Shown here one piece after another: positions 9,953 through 20,010 of a stretch of DNA of 64,000 nt; the stretch's first letter is position 1; the number at the start of each line of letters is the position of its first letter. Origin of the DNA: an uncultured Erysipelotrichaceae bacterium. Its GTDB lineage: Bacteria > Bacillota_I > Bacilli_A > RFN20 > CAG-826. The stretch covers positions 9,378 to 73,377 of the forward strand of contig CACYCS010000004.1 in NCBI GenBank assembly GCA_902773005.1, written 5' to 3'. Made by a program: the position numbers and the translations under genes. The notes beneath the pieces were generated by a model. It saw nothing but the letters and a program-made list of their open reading frames with translations, did no database searches and was not told where the DNA came from.

Positions 9953-11587
9953 ATGGAACTTAAGTATTTTCAAAGCCGCGTCGTCTACCAAATCTATCCA
10001 CGTTCCTTCTGCGATTCCAATGGTGACGGCATCGGCGATATCCCGGGCATCATAAGCAAACTCGATTATCTTCATCAACTAGGGGTGGGCATCATTTGGC
10101 TAAGCCCTGTTTACGCAACGGAAAACCACGACTTTGGCTATGACGTAACCGACTATAAAGCCATCAACCCCGAATATGGGACGATGGAAGACATGGATAA
10201 CCTGATTGCTGAAGCTATGAAGCGTGGCATCAGAATCGTCATGGATTTGGTCGTGAATCACACCTCCGATAAGCATCAATGGTTTTTGGAATCCAAAAAG
10301 CCCGAAAGCAAATACCACAACTACTACTATTGGAGAAAAGGCAGGAAGAACAACACCAGACCTCCCAATAACTGGACATCGAATTTCGGTGGTCCAGCAT
10401 GGAAATTCGACAAGGATGTAGGCGAATGGTACCTCCATCTTTTCGCCGAGGGACAGCCTGATCTCGATTGGCATAACCCCGAGGTGATGGAAGAGGTCGA
10501 GGATATCCTTCGCTTTTGGCTTAATCGCGGCGTATATGGATTCCGATGTGATGTCATTAACGAAATCTGGAAAGAAACGCTGGACGATGGAAAACATCAA
10601 CCGTTCGGATTCTTGGTCGGGAAAGAGCATTACTTGTCCAAAAACGGCAATCATGAGATTCTGAGACGGCTCTACGATGATGTGTTCAGCAAGTACGACT
10701 GCATGACCGTCGGGGAATGCGGATATGTGAATTATGAATCCGCGAATCGTTTCACCGATCACGAGTTGGATATGGTCTTCTCTTTTGACCATATGTATTT
10801 AGATCGTCGATTTGCACCCGTATTCAAAAAGAAATACGATCCAGCGAAAATGAAACAGGTCCTCGTCGGATGGCAAAAGAATTTGGATTGGAACACCCTG
10901 TTTTTTGAGAACCACGACCAAATACGAAGCCTAGGGAGATACACCTCTCTTAAATACAAAGATCTCGGCGCGAAGATGCTTGCTACTGTACTAATGACAC
11001 TACGCGGGACCCCGTTTATCTACCAGGGCGAGGAATTCGGCATGGTTGACTATCCGATGTTCACGCCTGACCAATATGTCGACATCGTTGACAAGTATGT
11101 CTATAAGACAGCGAAAAAGCTAATTCGAATTGAAAAAGTCGCGAGGAGATTGGTTCATAACATGAACCGGGATAACGCGAGAATCCCCGTTCAATGGAAC
11201 AGCTCAGTTTCCGCTGGATTCTCGTCTTCGAAATCGACGTGGCTTCCAGTGCATCCCAATTACAAAGAATGCAATGCGGCGAAGGCCGATGCCGACCCAA
11301 AATCGATCTTGAATTACTATCGCGCGATCATCAAGATGCGTAACGCCGACCCAATCCTAATCGCCGGATCCTTCAAAGAGATCGCCGCGCCAAAGCAGAT
11401 TTTGGCTTTTGAAAGAGCGTTCAATGGCGAGTCCGAGAAGGTCTTCATCAACCTTTCTGAGAAGGAAGTAGAACTTGGCTTCAACCTCGCGTCATATGGT
11501 CAGAAAATCTTGCTGAGCAACTATGAGGATGCCTCGTTAACAGAAAAGGCCACTTTGCGTCCTTATGAAGCAATTATCCTAAAATAA
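9953..11587 (+). CDS. GH13 alpha-glucosidase / oligo-1,6-glucosidase
   Basis: VVYQIYPRSFCDSNGDGIGD, MDLVVNHTSD, GFRCDVIN, TVGE, ENHDQ, YQGEE, RDNARIP. Confidence 0.92.
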   Translation: MELKYFQSRVVYQIYPRSFCDSNGDGIGDIPGIISKLDYLHQLGVGIIWLSPVYATENHDFGYDVTDYKAINPEYGTMEDMDNLIAEAMKRGIRIVMDLVVNHTSDKHQWFLESKKPESKYHNYYYWRKGRKNNTRPPNNWTSNFGGPAWKFDKDVGEWYLHLFAEGQPDLDWHNPEVMEEVEDILRFWLNRGVYGFRCDVINEIWKETLDDGKHQPFGFLVGKEHYLSKNGNHEILRRLYDDVFSKYDCMTVGECGYVNYESANRFTDHELDMVFSFDHMYLDRRFAPVFKKKYDPAKMKQVLVGWQKNLDWNTLFFENHDQIRSLGRYTSLKYKDLGAKMLATVLMTLRGTPFIYQGEEFGMVDYPMFTPDQYVDIVDKYVYKTAKKLIRIEKVARRLVHNMNRDNARIPVQWNSSVSAGFSSSKSTWLPVHPNYKECNAAKADADPKSILNYYRAIIKMRNADPILIAGSFKEIAAPKQILAFERAFNGESEKVFINLSEKEVELGFNLASYGQKILLSNYEDASLTEKATLRPYEAIILK

Positions 11588-11720
11588 CGGGATTCTACTA
11601 ATTTATTCAAAAATTTTGCAGGGTTTTTGCCTGAAAAAGTTTTTTCAGGCCTTGCTGGTTTTGATATGGCCTTTCTTTGCATCTCGCCCCATAATATTGC
11701 CAGCAAAGGAGGCGGCGCAA

Positions 11721-12491
11721 ATGGATGATGCCACAATCGAGATAAGGCACCTGCATAAAACCTTCCCCCTTACTCGAAAGCAAAGGAAGGAAAAGCATAC
11801 CGAAGCAACCCGCTTGACCGCGGTCAACGACATTTCGCTTACCCTTCGTTCGGGCGAAATTTATGGTTTGCTTGGCCCCAATGGCGCAGGCAAAACGACA
11901 ACGCTTCGAATGCTTTCCTCTCTTATTGACCCCGACTCTGGAGAAGTGCTTTTCCATGGCCAAAACATCAAGGATAACATCGGCGAATATCGCAAGAGAG
12001 TTTCCTTTCTTACCTCTGAACTCAAACTAGATGATTTCTTCACCCCTGATTATACCTTCCACTACATGGGAGAGCTATTTGGGGTGAGCAAGGACGAGAT
12101 CTTATCTCGTAAGAAAGCCCTGTTCGATAAATTTGGAATCAACGACTTTGCGAATGTGCAGATCAAGAATCTTTCGACCGGAATGAAACAGAAAGCCTCT
12201 TTGGCCATCGCCTTATGCCATGACCCTGAAGTCATCATTTTCGATGAGCCGACCAACGGGCTAGATATCATTGCATCGCGCGACGTCGAGAACTTCCTCA
12301 TAGACCTTAGGAAAGAAGGCAAAACAATCATCGTCTCAACCCATATCTTCTCGCTCGTCGAGAAACTTTGCGATAGGGTTGGCATCATTGCTAACGGAAG
12401 CCTTGTCCTTGAAGGCGAAATGCGAGAAGTGACGAAGGAAAAATCTTTGGAGAACGTGTTCTTTGACCTTCTTGAGGAGGGAAGAATATGA
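11721..12491 (+). CDS. ABC transporter ATP-binding protein (NatA-like)
   Basis: GPNGAGKTT, LSTGMKQK, IIFDEPT, H-loop; SD AAGGAGG before ATG 11721. Confidence 0.92.
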   Translation: MDDATIEIRHLHKTFPLTRKQRKEKHTEATRLTAVNDISLTLRSGEIYGLLGPNGAGKTTTLRMLSSLIDPDSGEVLFHGQNIKDNIGEYRKRVSFLTSELKLDDFFTPDYTFHYMGELFGVSKDEILSRKKALFDKFGINDFANVQIKNLSTGMKQKASLAIALCHDPEVIIFDEPTNGLDIIASRDVENFLIDLRKEGKTIIVSTHIFSLVEKLCDRVGIIANGSLVLEGEMREVTKEKSLENVFFDLLEEGRI

Positions 12492-13666
12492 AAGGATTCC
12501 GCACCGTCTTCCTCAAGGAACTCAAAAGGTTCTTCACGGATACCCGCATGCTTTTCGCTCTTTTCTTCCCGGGCATCCTCATCTTCATTCTCTATAGCTT
12601 TATGGGCAATTTCTTTGCTGGCGTCACAACCAAGATGGCGACCGTGACTGATAGCACCTATGTCGTGGCCTATAGCGATAATTGCGGCGCGGAAACGCCG
12701 ACCGTGGTCTCGTATTTCGAGGCCTATGTCGGAAGCGTTGAACCCTCTAATCGCGTTGAAAAGCACGCCTACAACATCTCGGAACTATCTGAGGCGAAGC
12801 AAATGATCCTCGACGGAAGATACGATGTTGTAATTGCTTTCTCGGAGAACTTTGAGAACGAAGTCAAAACATCGAAGAACAACCACATTGATCTTTATTA
12901 CGATGGTGCCTCCAAGAAATCAACCGCTGCATATAACGTCATCGCTTCCGCAGTGGCGTCGGCTTACAACAATTACGTCGTTAATCTTTCCGAGGACGAT
13001 CGCCTTATTCCACCAAACATCACTGGCAGCGATTTCCTTGGCGCGCAGATTATCGCATTCATCGTTCCGATGATAACTACCTCACTCCTTTTCTCGACCG
13101 TCATCTCCATCGCGCCCGATGCGGTTGCAGGCGAAAAGGAAAGGGGAACGATGGCCTCGATGCTTTTAACGCCAGTGAAGCGGAGAGACATCGCTCTTGG
13201 CAAGGCCTTTGCTTTAATGACGACTGCAGTGGCTTCGGGGCTTGTGTCGTTTGTCGGTATCGTCACCTCGATTCCGAACCTTCTAAAAACGACGAGCCTA
13301 TCCATACCGATTTGGGGTTATGTGCTCGTTGCGTTCCTCGTCGTGACAACGCTTGCGCTATTCGTGGGAATTGGGTTGCTGGTTTCGACATTGGCCAAGT
13401 CAACGAAAGAAGCGAATTCCTACCTCGGCCCTTTGACGGTTGTGTTCTTGGCTATCTCCATCGTCCCAGCGGTTGTCAATACGACTTCCATTGGGTTTGC
13501 ATTCGTCCCGTTCCTTAATATTGTATCGTGCATGTCTACGCTGCTTTCTGGACAGGTACCGATTGCATACTTCCTGGTCACGATCGGGGTATCTGCATTC
13601 ATCACGGCCGGGATCATATTCGCGGTTGCGAAATTGTTCGATTCCGAGCGCGTCATGGTCAAATAA
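12488..13666 (+). CDS. ABC-2 type permease (NatB-like)
   Basis: ATGA overlap with the ATPase; AGEKERGTMASMLLTPV motif; one TM, an extracellular loop, then five TM. Confidence 0.9.
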   Translation: MKGFRTVFLKELKRFFTDTRMLFALFFPGILIFILYSFMGNFFAGVTTKMATVTDSTYVVAYSDNCGAETPTVVSYFEAYVGSVEPSNRVEKHAYNISELSEAKQMILDGRYDVVIAFSENFENEVKTSKNNHIDLYYDGASKKSTAAYNVIASAVASAYNNYVVNLSEDDRLIPPNITGSDFLGAQIIAFIVPMITTSLLFSTVISIAPDAVAGEKERGTMASMLLTPVKRRDIALGKAFALMTTAVASGLVSFVGIVTSIPNLLKTTSLSIPIWGYVLVAFLVVTTLALFVGIGLLVSTLAKSTKEANSYLGPLTVVFLAISIVPAVVNTTSIGFAFVPFLNIVSCMSTLLSGQVPIAYFLVTIGVSAFITAGIIFAVAKLFDSERVMVK

Positions 13667-13706
13667 CAAATACACGGGTCCCTCGGATTGAGGGGCCCGT
13701 TGCATT

Positions 13707-14486
13707 TTATCTACCGCAATCGTAGAAATCTAATTCGTCTTGGAACGGCAATGACCATTCGTAGCTTGTGAGGAACTCGCCGTTATAGTAGACGCCTTTG
13801 CCAGCCATGAAATCGTAGTAATCGCACTCGATGTTTTGCGTGTCTAGCGTCAGAATCGCTCTCCCAAAGGTAACACATGGGAAATTGATTTCGTTGAGGG
13901 TCTCCCTTAGCCTCCACACGGCATCGCGGTAGAGCCTTTTGGATTTGTCGAGGTCTTTGTCAGGCCAAAGCGCGGTGATCGCGTCTCCCATTGAAAGGCT
14001 TTTGCCTCTTAAAGCAAGGAGCAGCGCGAATAGCTCCTTGGATTTGGAGGAAGTGAATGCGATGACGCGCCCGTTCATGAAGCATTCGAACGAGCCGAAC
14101 ATTTTGACGACCAAGGTCTGCTTTCTCTCCCCGAACAGATTCAGGTGCCTTTCGAGTTCAATAACCTTATATGGCTTATAGATGATGCCGATCGTGTTCT
14201 TTTTGAGATCGTCTGGTATATCGGCATTCGTGATGACTAAGCCGGTGATGAAACTGATCTTGATGTCAGGAACGATTTCCACGATTTTCCTCGCGAGATC
14301 GAACCCATTGATGTTAGGCATGCTGATATCGAGGAATGCCCCATCCAGATAGTTTGATCTGCAGTACTTGAGGATTGCCTCTGGATCGTCTTTGAAAAAA
14401 CGATATTCGACCTGCTGATTGGTGATAATCTGCCCCAAAAAGACATTCAGGGCGTTGATTTCGTCGTCAACAACGATAATTCTCAT
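13707..14486 (-). CDS. Response regulator (receiver plus SARP-like output domain)
   Basis: IVVDDE, FLDISMPNING, KP; C-terminal FGSFECF..G..F.SSKSKELFALL...LWPD. Confidence 0.85.
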   Translation of the reverse strand: MRIIVVDDEINALNVFLGQIITNQQVEYRFFKDDPEAILKYCRSNYLDGAFLDISMPNINGFDLARKIVEIVPDIKISFITGLVITNADIPDDLKKNTIGIIYKPYKVIELERHLNLFGERKQTLVVKMFGSFECFMNGRVIAFTSSKSKELFALLLALRGKSLSMGDAITALWPDKDLDKSKRLYRDAVWRLRETLNEINFPCVTFGRAILTLDTQNIECDYYDFMAGKGVYYNGEFLTSYEWSLPFQDELDFYDCGR

Positions 14487-15892
14487 TTTTTAGTCTCCCC
14501 CTTCAAAATCCTCTTCGGAATTTTGATCGTAACGGTGGTGCCTTCGCCAGCTTTGCTGGTGATTTGGACGTCCGCGTTCAAAAGCAATTTGAACCTATCG
14601 GACGCGTTTTTGATACCCTGGCTCTTCGTTTTGATCGAATTGACGTCAAAACCCACCCCGTTATCGATGATTTTCAATATGTATTCGTGCTCCATCTCCT
14701 CGGAGCTGATTTCAATATAGCCTCCTTCGCGACTTGTGATTTGGCTATAGCGGATCGCGTTTTCCACGAAAGGCTGAAGCGAAAGGGTAGGAACGTCGAA
14801 ATCATAGTTTTCGACGTTGAAGATTACGTTGGGCTTTCTTTCATACCCCAAACTCGCAAGTTCAAGGTAATAGGTGATGTTCTCTAGTTCCGTCGATAGC
14901 GGGACGAGATAGACGTCGCTTGCGACAACGTTGGCTCTGAGGTGCTTGGACAAAAGATCGATTGCCCTATCCCCTTCTTCTGGGCTCTTGCGATAGATTA
15001 CTTTGATGTGGTTGAGAACGTTGAAGAAGAAATGGGGGTTGATTTGCTCCCTCAGGATTTTCGTTTGCAGCGCCTCTAGGTCGGACTTATAGATTTCCGC
15101 CCTATTTGCCGATTTCGTGACGCGGATCGTGAAGACGGTATAAATGACAAGGAACATCAACCCAGCAGCAACGATATAACCAGATGCCAAGCCATAGGGA
15201 TAGGCGCGATAACTCGAAACGGTGAGAATGCCAATCGAGGTTTCCGACGCGACCAGAAGCGCGGCGATGATGAAGGAGATATAGAACGTAAGGTCGTCTT
15301 TCATGCGAATGGTTCCCGACATGAAAAGCGCGGTGAAGACGATTGCTGACGTCCACGCGGCTAGCCATATGACTATGTATTCCAATTTCCATATCGATAG
15401 GATGGCACCTACGATAACGGTGACGGTAAAAACGAAAAAGCCGCTTATCGTTATCCAGTTCCTCCTGAGCTCGGGCAAATAGTTCTGCAGGATATAACGG
15501 CTAAAGAAAACGCAAAACAGCCCATAGAAAAGGATGTTGAACATTCGGAATAAATCTAGCGCAAATTCGGAAGTGATCTTGTCGGAGAAATAAGATTTCG
15601 CTTCAGGAAGGGTGAGCAAGTAGAAAAGCAAAGAGAGCGCGACCATGAAGGTATTCCATGTCGCTGCTTTGTTGAAGAAATTGGCGGCGAACTCAAATAC
15701 GACATCGATTACGATAACGACGATGGCGATGGTCCAAATGGTATATGCGAAAGATAGCGGGGTTTCGCTTGCGTTATCGCTCAAAGCCAGGCGAATAAAG
15801 CAAAAGACGATAGCGGTAGCCACCGTTAGGATGCATAAAGTCGCCGTGATGAACGGCGGGATTCTCACTTTTTCTACTTTGGTTTCAGCCAC
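14483..15892 (-). CDS. LytS/YesM-type membrane sensor histidine kinase
   Basis: QINPHFFFNVLN, LQPFVENAIRY, DNGVGF; multiple TM. Probable GTG start at 15892 overlaps the macro-gene stop; the ORF extends to 15940. Confidence 0.88.
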   Translation of the reverse strand: MAETKVEKVRIPPFITATLCILTVATAIVFCFIRLALSDNASETPLSFAYTIWTIAIVVIVIDVVFEFAANFFNKAATWNTFMVALSLLFYLLTLPEAKSYFSDKITSEFALDLFRMFNILFYGLFCVFFSRYILQNYLPELRRNWITISGFFVFTVTVIVGAILSIWKLEYIVIWLAAWTSAIVFTALFMSGTIRMKDDLTFYISFIIAALLVASETSIGILTVSSYRAYPYGLASGYIVAAGLMFLVIYTVFTIRVTKSANRAEIYKSDLEALQTKILREQINPHFFFNVLNHIKVIYRKSPEEGDRAIDLLSKHLRANVVASDVYLVPLSTELENITYYLELASLGYERKPNVIFNVENYDFDVPTLSLQPFVENAIRYSQITSREGGYIEISSEEMEHEYILKIIDNGVGFDVNSIKTKSQGIKNASDRFKLLLNADVQITSKAGEGTTVTIKIPKRILKGETKK

Positions 15893-16379
15893 GGATGGTC
15901 TCCATCGCTTCATCATAAGCCTCGCGAACATCGAAACCAAAACAATAGACAGTGATGTCCAAATCAGGTGCCTTGCTTAACTCTTGAAGCGCGATCGGCG
16001 CGGCTTTCTGCACAGGATAGCCATAGATCCCAGTAGAAATGGAGGGGACGGCAATTGTTTTAATGCCATTCTCGCGCGCAACGCGGATAATGCTTCGATA
16101 TACCTCGCGAAGCTTTGCCTCGGGCTCACGCTCCAAATAGTAGTTTGGCCCGACGGCGTGAATAATGTATTTGGTGTGAAGGTTGAAGCCGGGGGTGATT
16201 CTTGCGTCCCCCGTTGGGCATGGGCGGACTTTGACGCAGGCCTCGAGCAATTCCTCAAAGCCGGCACCCTCGTAGATTGCTCCACAAACTCCGCCGCCAG
16301 GCGCCAATGCCGAATTTGCCGCGTTTACAAGCGCGTCGCCTTCAAATTCTGTTATGTCCCCACTAACAATTTTTATCAT
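15885..16379 (-). CDS. Macro domain protein (ADP-ribose binding/hydrolase, YmdB-like)
   Basis: GDIT, ALVNAAN, GGGVCGAIY, IIHAVGP, PSISTGIYGYP. Confidence 0.93.
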   Translation of the reverse strand: MIKIVSGDITEFEGDALVNAANSALAPGGGVCGAIYEGAGFEELLEACVKVRPCPTGDARITPGFNLHTKYIIHAVGPNYYLEREPEAKLREVYRSIIRVARENGIKTIAVPSISTGIYGYPVQKAAPIALQELSKAPDLDITVYCFGFDVREAYDEAMETIRG

Positions 16380-16482
16380 TGTTAGATAATGATAAACCTT
16401 AGACGGGGTTAAGGAAGAATGAATTCGTTGAAAAAAGGCGGCGCTTTTTTGCTGCGCCGCCGTAATCCGTTGGGTACGTGTA

Positions 16483-17922
16483 TCAGTTATCGGACCTTGC
16501 GAAGCCGTTCTTCATGTTGCAACTGGCCGTGAAGAGGACGTTAGAGAGGCAAGCGTCTGTCAGCTTTTTGGTTTTCGCCGCGATTTGAGCGTTTGCGTGG
16601 TTTAGCAGGCTGAGATCGCTGCTCTTCGAGTATTCGGTGTCGGTCTCTTTGGTAAGGTGAAGCGCCTCGGATTGCAGAGCCTCTTGATAACGTTCCACAT
16701 GGATGATGCATGTGCCGAAATGCGCATCGGTCAACGCGCCGATGATGCGGTTTGCCCAATAGAAGTTGTCCGTTGATGGAGTGAGGGTCGTGTTGCCGAA
16801 ATAGGCGGGGATGGTATCGACATTCGCGTAAATAGGTACGAAGGCATTGAATGGATTGCTGCCAAAGGAGAACCATTCGATCGCCGCGATTTCGGAGGGG
16901 ACGTATGGCCTGATTTGGTTCAAATGCACGAAGCTTGTGCGCGAGATGCCAATGGGGCGGAACTGTCCGCGCTCCTTTTCGTCGCCAAAGCGCGCATAGG
17001 GATCATACGGGGTTCCTTGATAATGCGAGGATAGCAGATACTTTACGTCTTCGACGGTGATTTTCCTTTCGGGGACGAGGCTCCATGGAATGTCGTCGGA
17101 AAGAGGGGTGTAGTCTGCATTTGGCCCGTCCCATTTAAAGGTGCGTGGGTTGAGGTAGCGCGCGATATACCAAGCCCTCGGGGTATTGTAGACGTGATCC
17201 GAATCGGAGTGGCTTCCAAAAGCCAAACGCGGATTGAATTTCCCGTCGAGGTTCAAATCGAGGTGGTTGCTCTCCACGAATTCTCTGAGGTCTTTGGAAC
17301 ACATATATTCTTGTTGCGCGCCGTATGCATCGTCCCAATCGAATTCATCGAGCCCGAATTGGTTGGGCATGACGACGTAACGATCGTCTGGAACGCGTCT
17401 AGCAATGAAATGGTGCCCACCGATGGTTTCAACCCACCAGATCTCGTCCTTATCGGAGAAGGCGATTCCGTTGGACTCATACGTGCCATATTTTTCAAGC
17501 AGTTCGCCTAGGCGGATTACGCCTTCTCGTGCGCTATGAATATAAGGCAAGGTGATGACGACAAGGTCCTCCTCACCTATGCCGCCCTTTTTAAGCAATG
17601 GGTCCGCTGCTAGGACGCGCTCATTGGTTGTGATTGTTTCGGTTGCGGTCATGGCAACGTTTTCGGCGTTGATTCCATCCGCTGCCCAAATGCCAACAAT
17701 TTGATTCACGCTTGGCATGGAAGTATAGCGAAGCGGGTTGTCCGGGAGGTCGATTTCAATCTTCCCGATTTTAGATTTGTATTTGCGGGGCTGCTTTTCA
17801 GGAAGAACGACGACTAGCTTCTTTTCGTGGAACTGTCCGGTAGGGCAGTCGTCGTTTCTTGCAGTCATCGTTGAGCCATCATAGGAGGCTTTCTTGCCTA
17901 CGAGGATTGTTGTGCATGCCAT
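16483..17922 (-). CDS. C69 family dipeptidase (PepD-like)
   Basis: N-terminal ACTTILVGKKASYDGSTMTARNDD, YNTPRAW, LSSHYQGTPYDPY. Confidence 0.93.
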   Translation of the reverse strand: MACTTILVGKKASYDGSTMTARNDDCPTGQFHEKKLVVVLPEKQPRKYKSKIGKIEIDLPDNPLRYTSMPSVNQIVGIWAADGINAENVAMTATETITTNERVLAADPLLKKGGIGEEDLVVITLPYIHSAREGVIRLGELLEKYGTYESNGIAFSDKDEIWWVETIGGHHFIARRVPDDRYVVMPNQFGLDEFDWDDAYGAQQEYMCSKDLREFVESNHLDLNLDGKFNPRLAFGSHSDSDHVYNTPRAWYIARYLNPRTFKWDGPNADYTPLSDDIPWSLVPERKITVEDVKYLLSSHYQGTPYDPYARFGDEKERGQFRPIGISRTSFVHLNQIRPYVPSEIAAIEWFSFGSNPFNAFVPIYANVDTIPAYFGNTTLTPSTDNFYWANRIIGALTDAHFGTCIIHVERYQEALQSEALHLTKETDTEYSKSSDLSLLNHANAQIAAKTKKLTDACLSNVLFTASCNMKNGFARSDN

Positions 17923-17994
17923 AATTCAATATTCCTTTCAGGCGGGATTCCGCCGAGCGGGATAAGTATAGTCCAAATGAATGGGGCATAGCGA

Positions 17995-18042
17995 AATGAC
18001 ACAATCCATATCGATCGCGCATCGGCGGCAAATCAAGTATGA
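17995..18042 (+). repeat. 48-bp direct repeat, left copy
   Basis: aatgacacaatccatatcgatcgcgcatcggcggcaaatcaagtatga, identical to 20011-20058. Confidence 0.97.
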
Positions 18043-18185
18043 CACCTGAATTTGGGATTCACCCCCCAAATTGTGGTGTTAAAACCCAAAAACGGGTATT
18101 AAGGATAGAAGCGTTTGCTTAGTGTGGCACATCTGTGCCCCCTTCTTTGGTTTAATAAGATATAAGCGTCCAAGGAGAAACTATT

Positions 18186-19874
18186 ATGGGCAGAATCAGC
18201 GAATCATTGAAAAAGAATATCAACATCATCCGTGAGGTCGACCGTAGAATACGGGCCAATGAGCCGGTCGACATGACGCTGGCTTTCGAACTTGAAAATG
18301 CTTTTCGCAAGATCAATTATTTTACCAATTACTGCGTCGTCAATGCCCCTGACAGCATGGAATCGCTTGGACGTTTCGTGAGCAGCGGCGAACTGGAAAA
18401 CTTCAATTTGCCAGAGAACCTCGAAGAAAAACTTGCCCAATGGGAGGAAGGACTAGACGAAGCAGAGGCCGAGTATGTCTTTAATCGCCTGGCGACCCAA
18501 GACGCCATTCCGCCTTTTGTTCCTGACCTTCACGAACCCAATTCCACCAACTACATCAATTACGTCAAAGAAGTCATCGATGGCGTCGCCTCGTTCTCTA
18601 GCCGTGCGCACCTTGGCATTAGCGAGGAAGGCTTCAAGAAAATCATGGTCGACATCCAGCAGGATTTCATCAAAACATCGCTGGAACAAGACTATATCTA
18701 TGATGAAAATAACGAAGTGGAAGCCTACGCTTTTGAATTGGCGGAAAGGCCTTTCCAAGCTCCGCTTAGAGACCACCGCGACGAACTTGACCTTGCCGAC
18801 CAACGGGAATTCATGACCGACGCGAATTTAATGCTACAAGAACGTAACGAGGCCGCTGGACATCCAAACCCTCTCGCCGCATTGCAGCATCATCAGCGCA
18901 TGGCAAAATTTTTGTTGCCCATCCAAGAATGCGATTCAAAACCCAAAGACCTCGCCGAAGTCGTCCAGAAATCCGTCATGGACTTCCAACGTGTGGCTCG
19001 TTCTGCCGCAAATAGCGGTCGAAGAGACTTCCCCACGACGGCAGAATTCCTATCTCTGGCGCGAGACCGCGTGGAAGCGGCAGTGCTTGATCGCTGCGTC
19101 GAACTTGGCGATGACCCCAACAGTGTCTTCCTCAAACAATTCTTGAAAAACCCGGTCGAAGCAATGACCAAATATTACGAGAATGCGCCGTATAGCCGTG
19201 AGGCTGAAGAAAATACCCGCATCCAGCAAAACCTTGATTCCATGCGGTCACAGCAAAGGAGTTACAATGATTTCCGCCAAGGCAAAGTCGACCGTTATGA
19301 TGCCTTTATGCAGGATCGCCGCAACCGCGCCGACCGCTTCATCCGCGAATCGATTCCGAGTTTCAACCCCGCGACCTTCAAAAGCCAATACAGAGGCGGC
19401 ATCTTTGAACGCGCCCTTCATCGCACTTCTCCCGAATGGCAAAACGTCTCTGCCTTCATGGAGAATTGGTCCACCCAGGGCCCAGAAAATGGTAACCTCG
19501 ACAAAGCTAGCGACCTTGCCACGAAGTACCTGCAGCACAAATTCCCTGGCGTCGACCCCAAAGACATCACCGTCGAGATGTGCGAATCCTTGGACGCCAC
19601 CGGGCGTAGCCGTTCTTTGTTCTGCCTCACCGTCATCGATTCCGTCGATGCTGCTAAGGCCGAGACCATGAACGAGCGCATCGCGGAGAGCAACCGCAAG
19701 ATAAGAGAGCTCCGCGCCTTAGTCGATCGCCCCGCCGCCAACTTCCAACAGCAGCTCGCTAACGACCTCGCTAACGAAGAAGTTGCCGAAAACAACAACG
19801 AGATTCAAAACAACAACGAAATCCATAACGAAAACGAGATCCAAAATAACGATATTGAGGCCAACATCGACTAG
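18186..19874 (+). CDS. Hypothetical 562-aa soluble protein with Asn-rich tail
   Basis: SD AAGGAG, long ORF, no TM or signal peptide, no recognisable motif. Confidence 0.85.
   Translation: MGRISESLKKNINIIREVDRRIRANEPVDMTLAFELENAFRKINYFTNYCVVNAPDSMESLGRFVSSGELENFNLPENLEEKLAQWEEGLDEAEAEYVFNRLATQDAIPPFVPDLHEPNSTNYINYVKEVIDGVASFSSRAHLGISEEGFKKIMVDIQQDFIKTSLEQDYIYDENNEVEAYAFELAERPFQAPLRDHRDELDLADQREFMTDANLMLQERNEAAGHPNPLAALQHHQRMAKFLLPIQECDSKPKDLAEVVQKSVMDFQRVARSAANSGRRDFPTTAEFLSLARDRVEAAVLDRCVELGDDPNSVFLKQFLKNPVEAMTKYYENAPYSREAEENTRIQQNLDSMRSQQRSYNDFRQGKVDRYDAFMQDRRNRADRFIRESIPSFNPATFKSQYRGGIFERALHRTSPEWQNVSAFMENWSTQGPENGNLDKASDLATKYLQHKFPGVDPKDITVEMCESLDATGRSRSLFCLTVIDSVDAAKAETMNERIAESNRKIRELRALVDRPAANFQQQLANDLANEEVAENNNEIQNNNEIHNENEIQNNDIEANID
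19791..19859 (+). repeat. Degenerate 18-bp tandem repeat encoding NNNEIQ-like units
   Basis: aacaacaacgagattcaa / aacaacaacgaaatccat / aacgaaaacgagatccaa / aataacgatattgag. Confidence 0.8.
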
Positions 19875-19896
19875 TTATCGTTAAGACTCACGTGCT

Positions 19897-19938
19897 ACCA
19901 AAAAGGGAAGGAATGCAAAGACGCCTTCCTTTTTTGGT
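19897..19938 (+). terminator. Rho-independent terminator
   Basis: accaaaaagggaagg / ccttccttttttggt. Confidence 0.8.
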
Positions 19939-20010
19939 TAACAATGTTAATAGCCTTGTTCGAAAACTACCTGCAGCCCAAGCTTTGTGGTGTTAAATCC
20001 CAAAAGCGGG

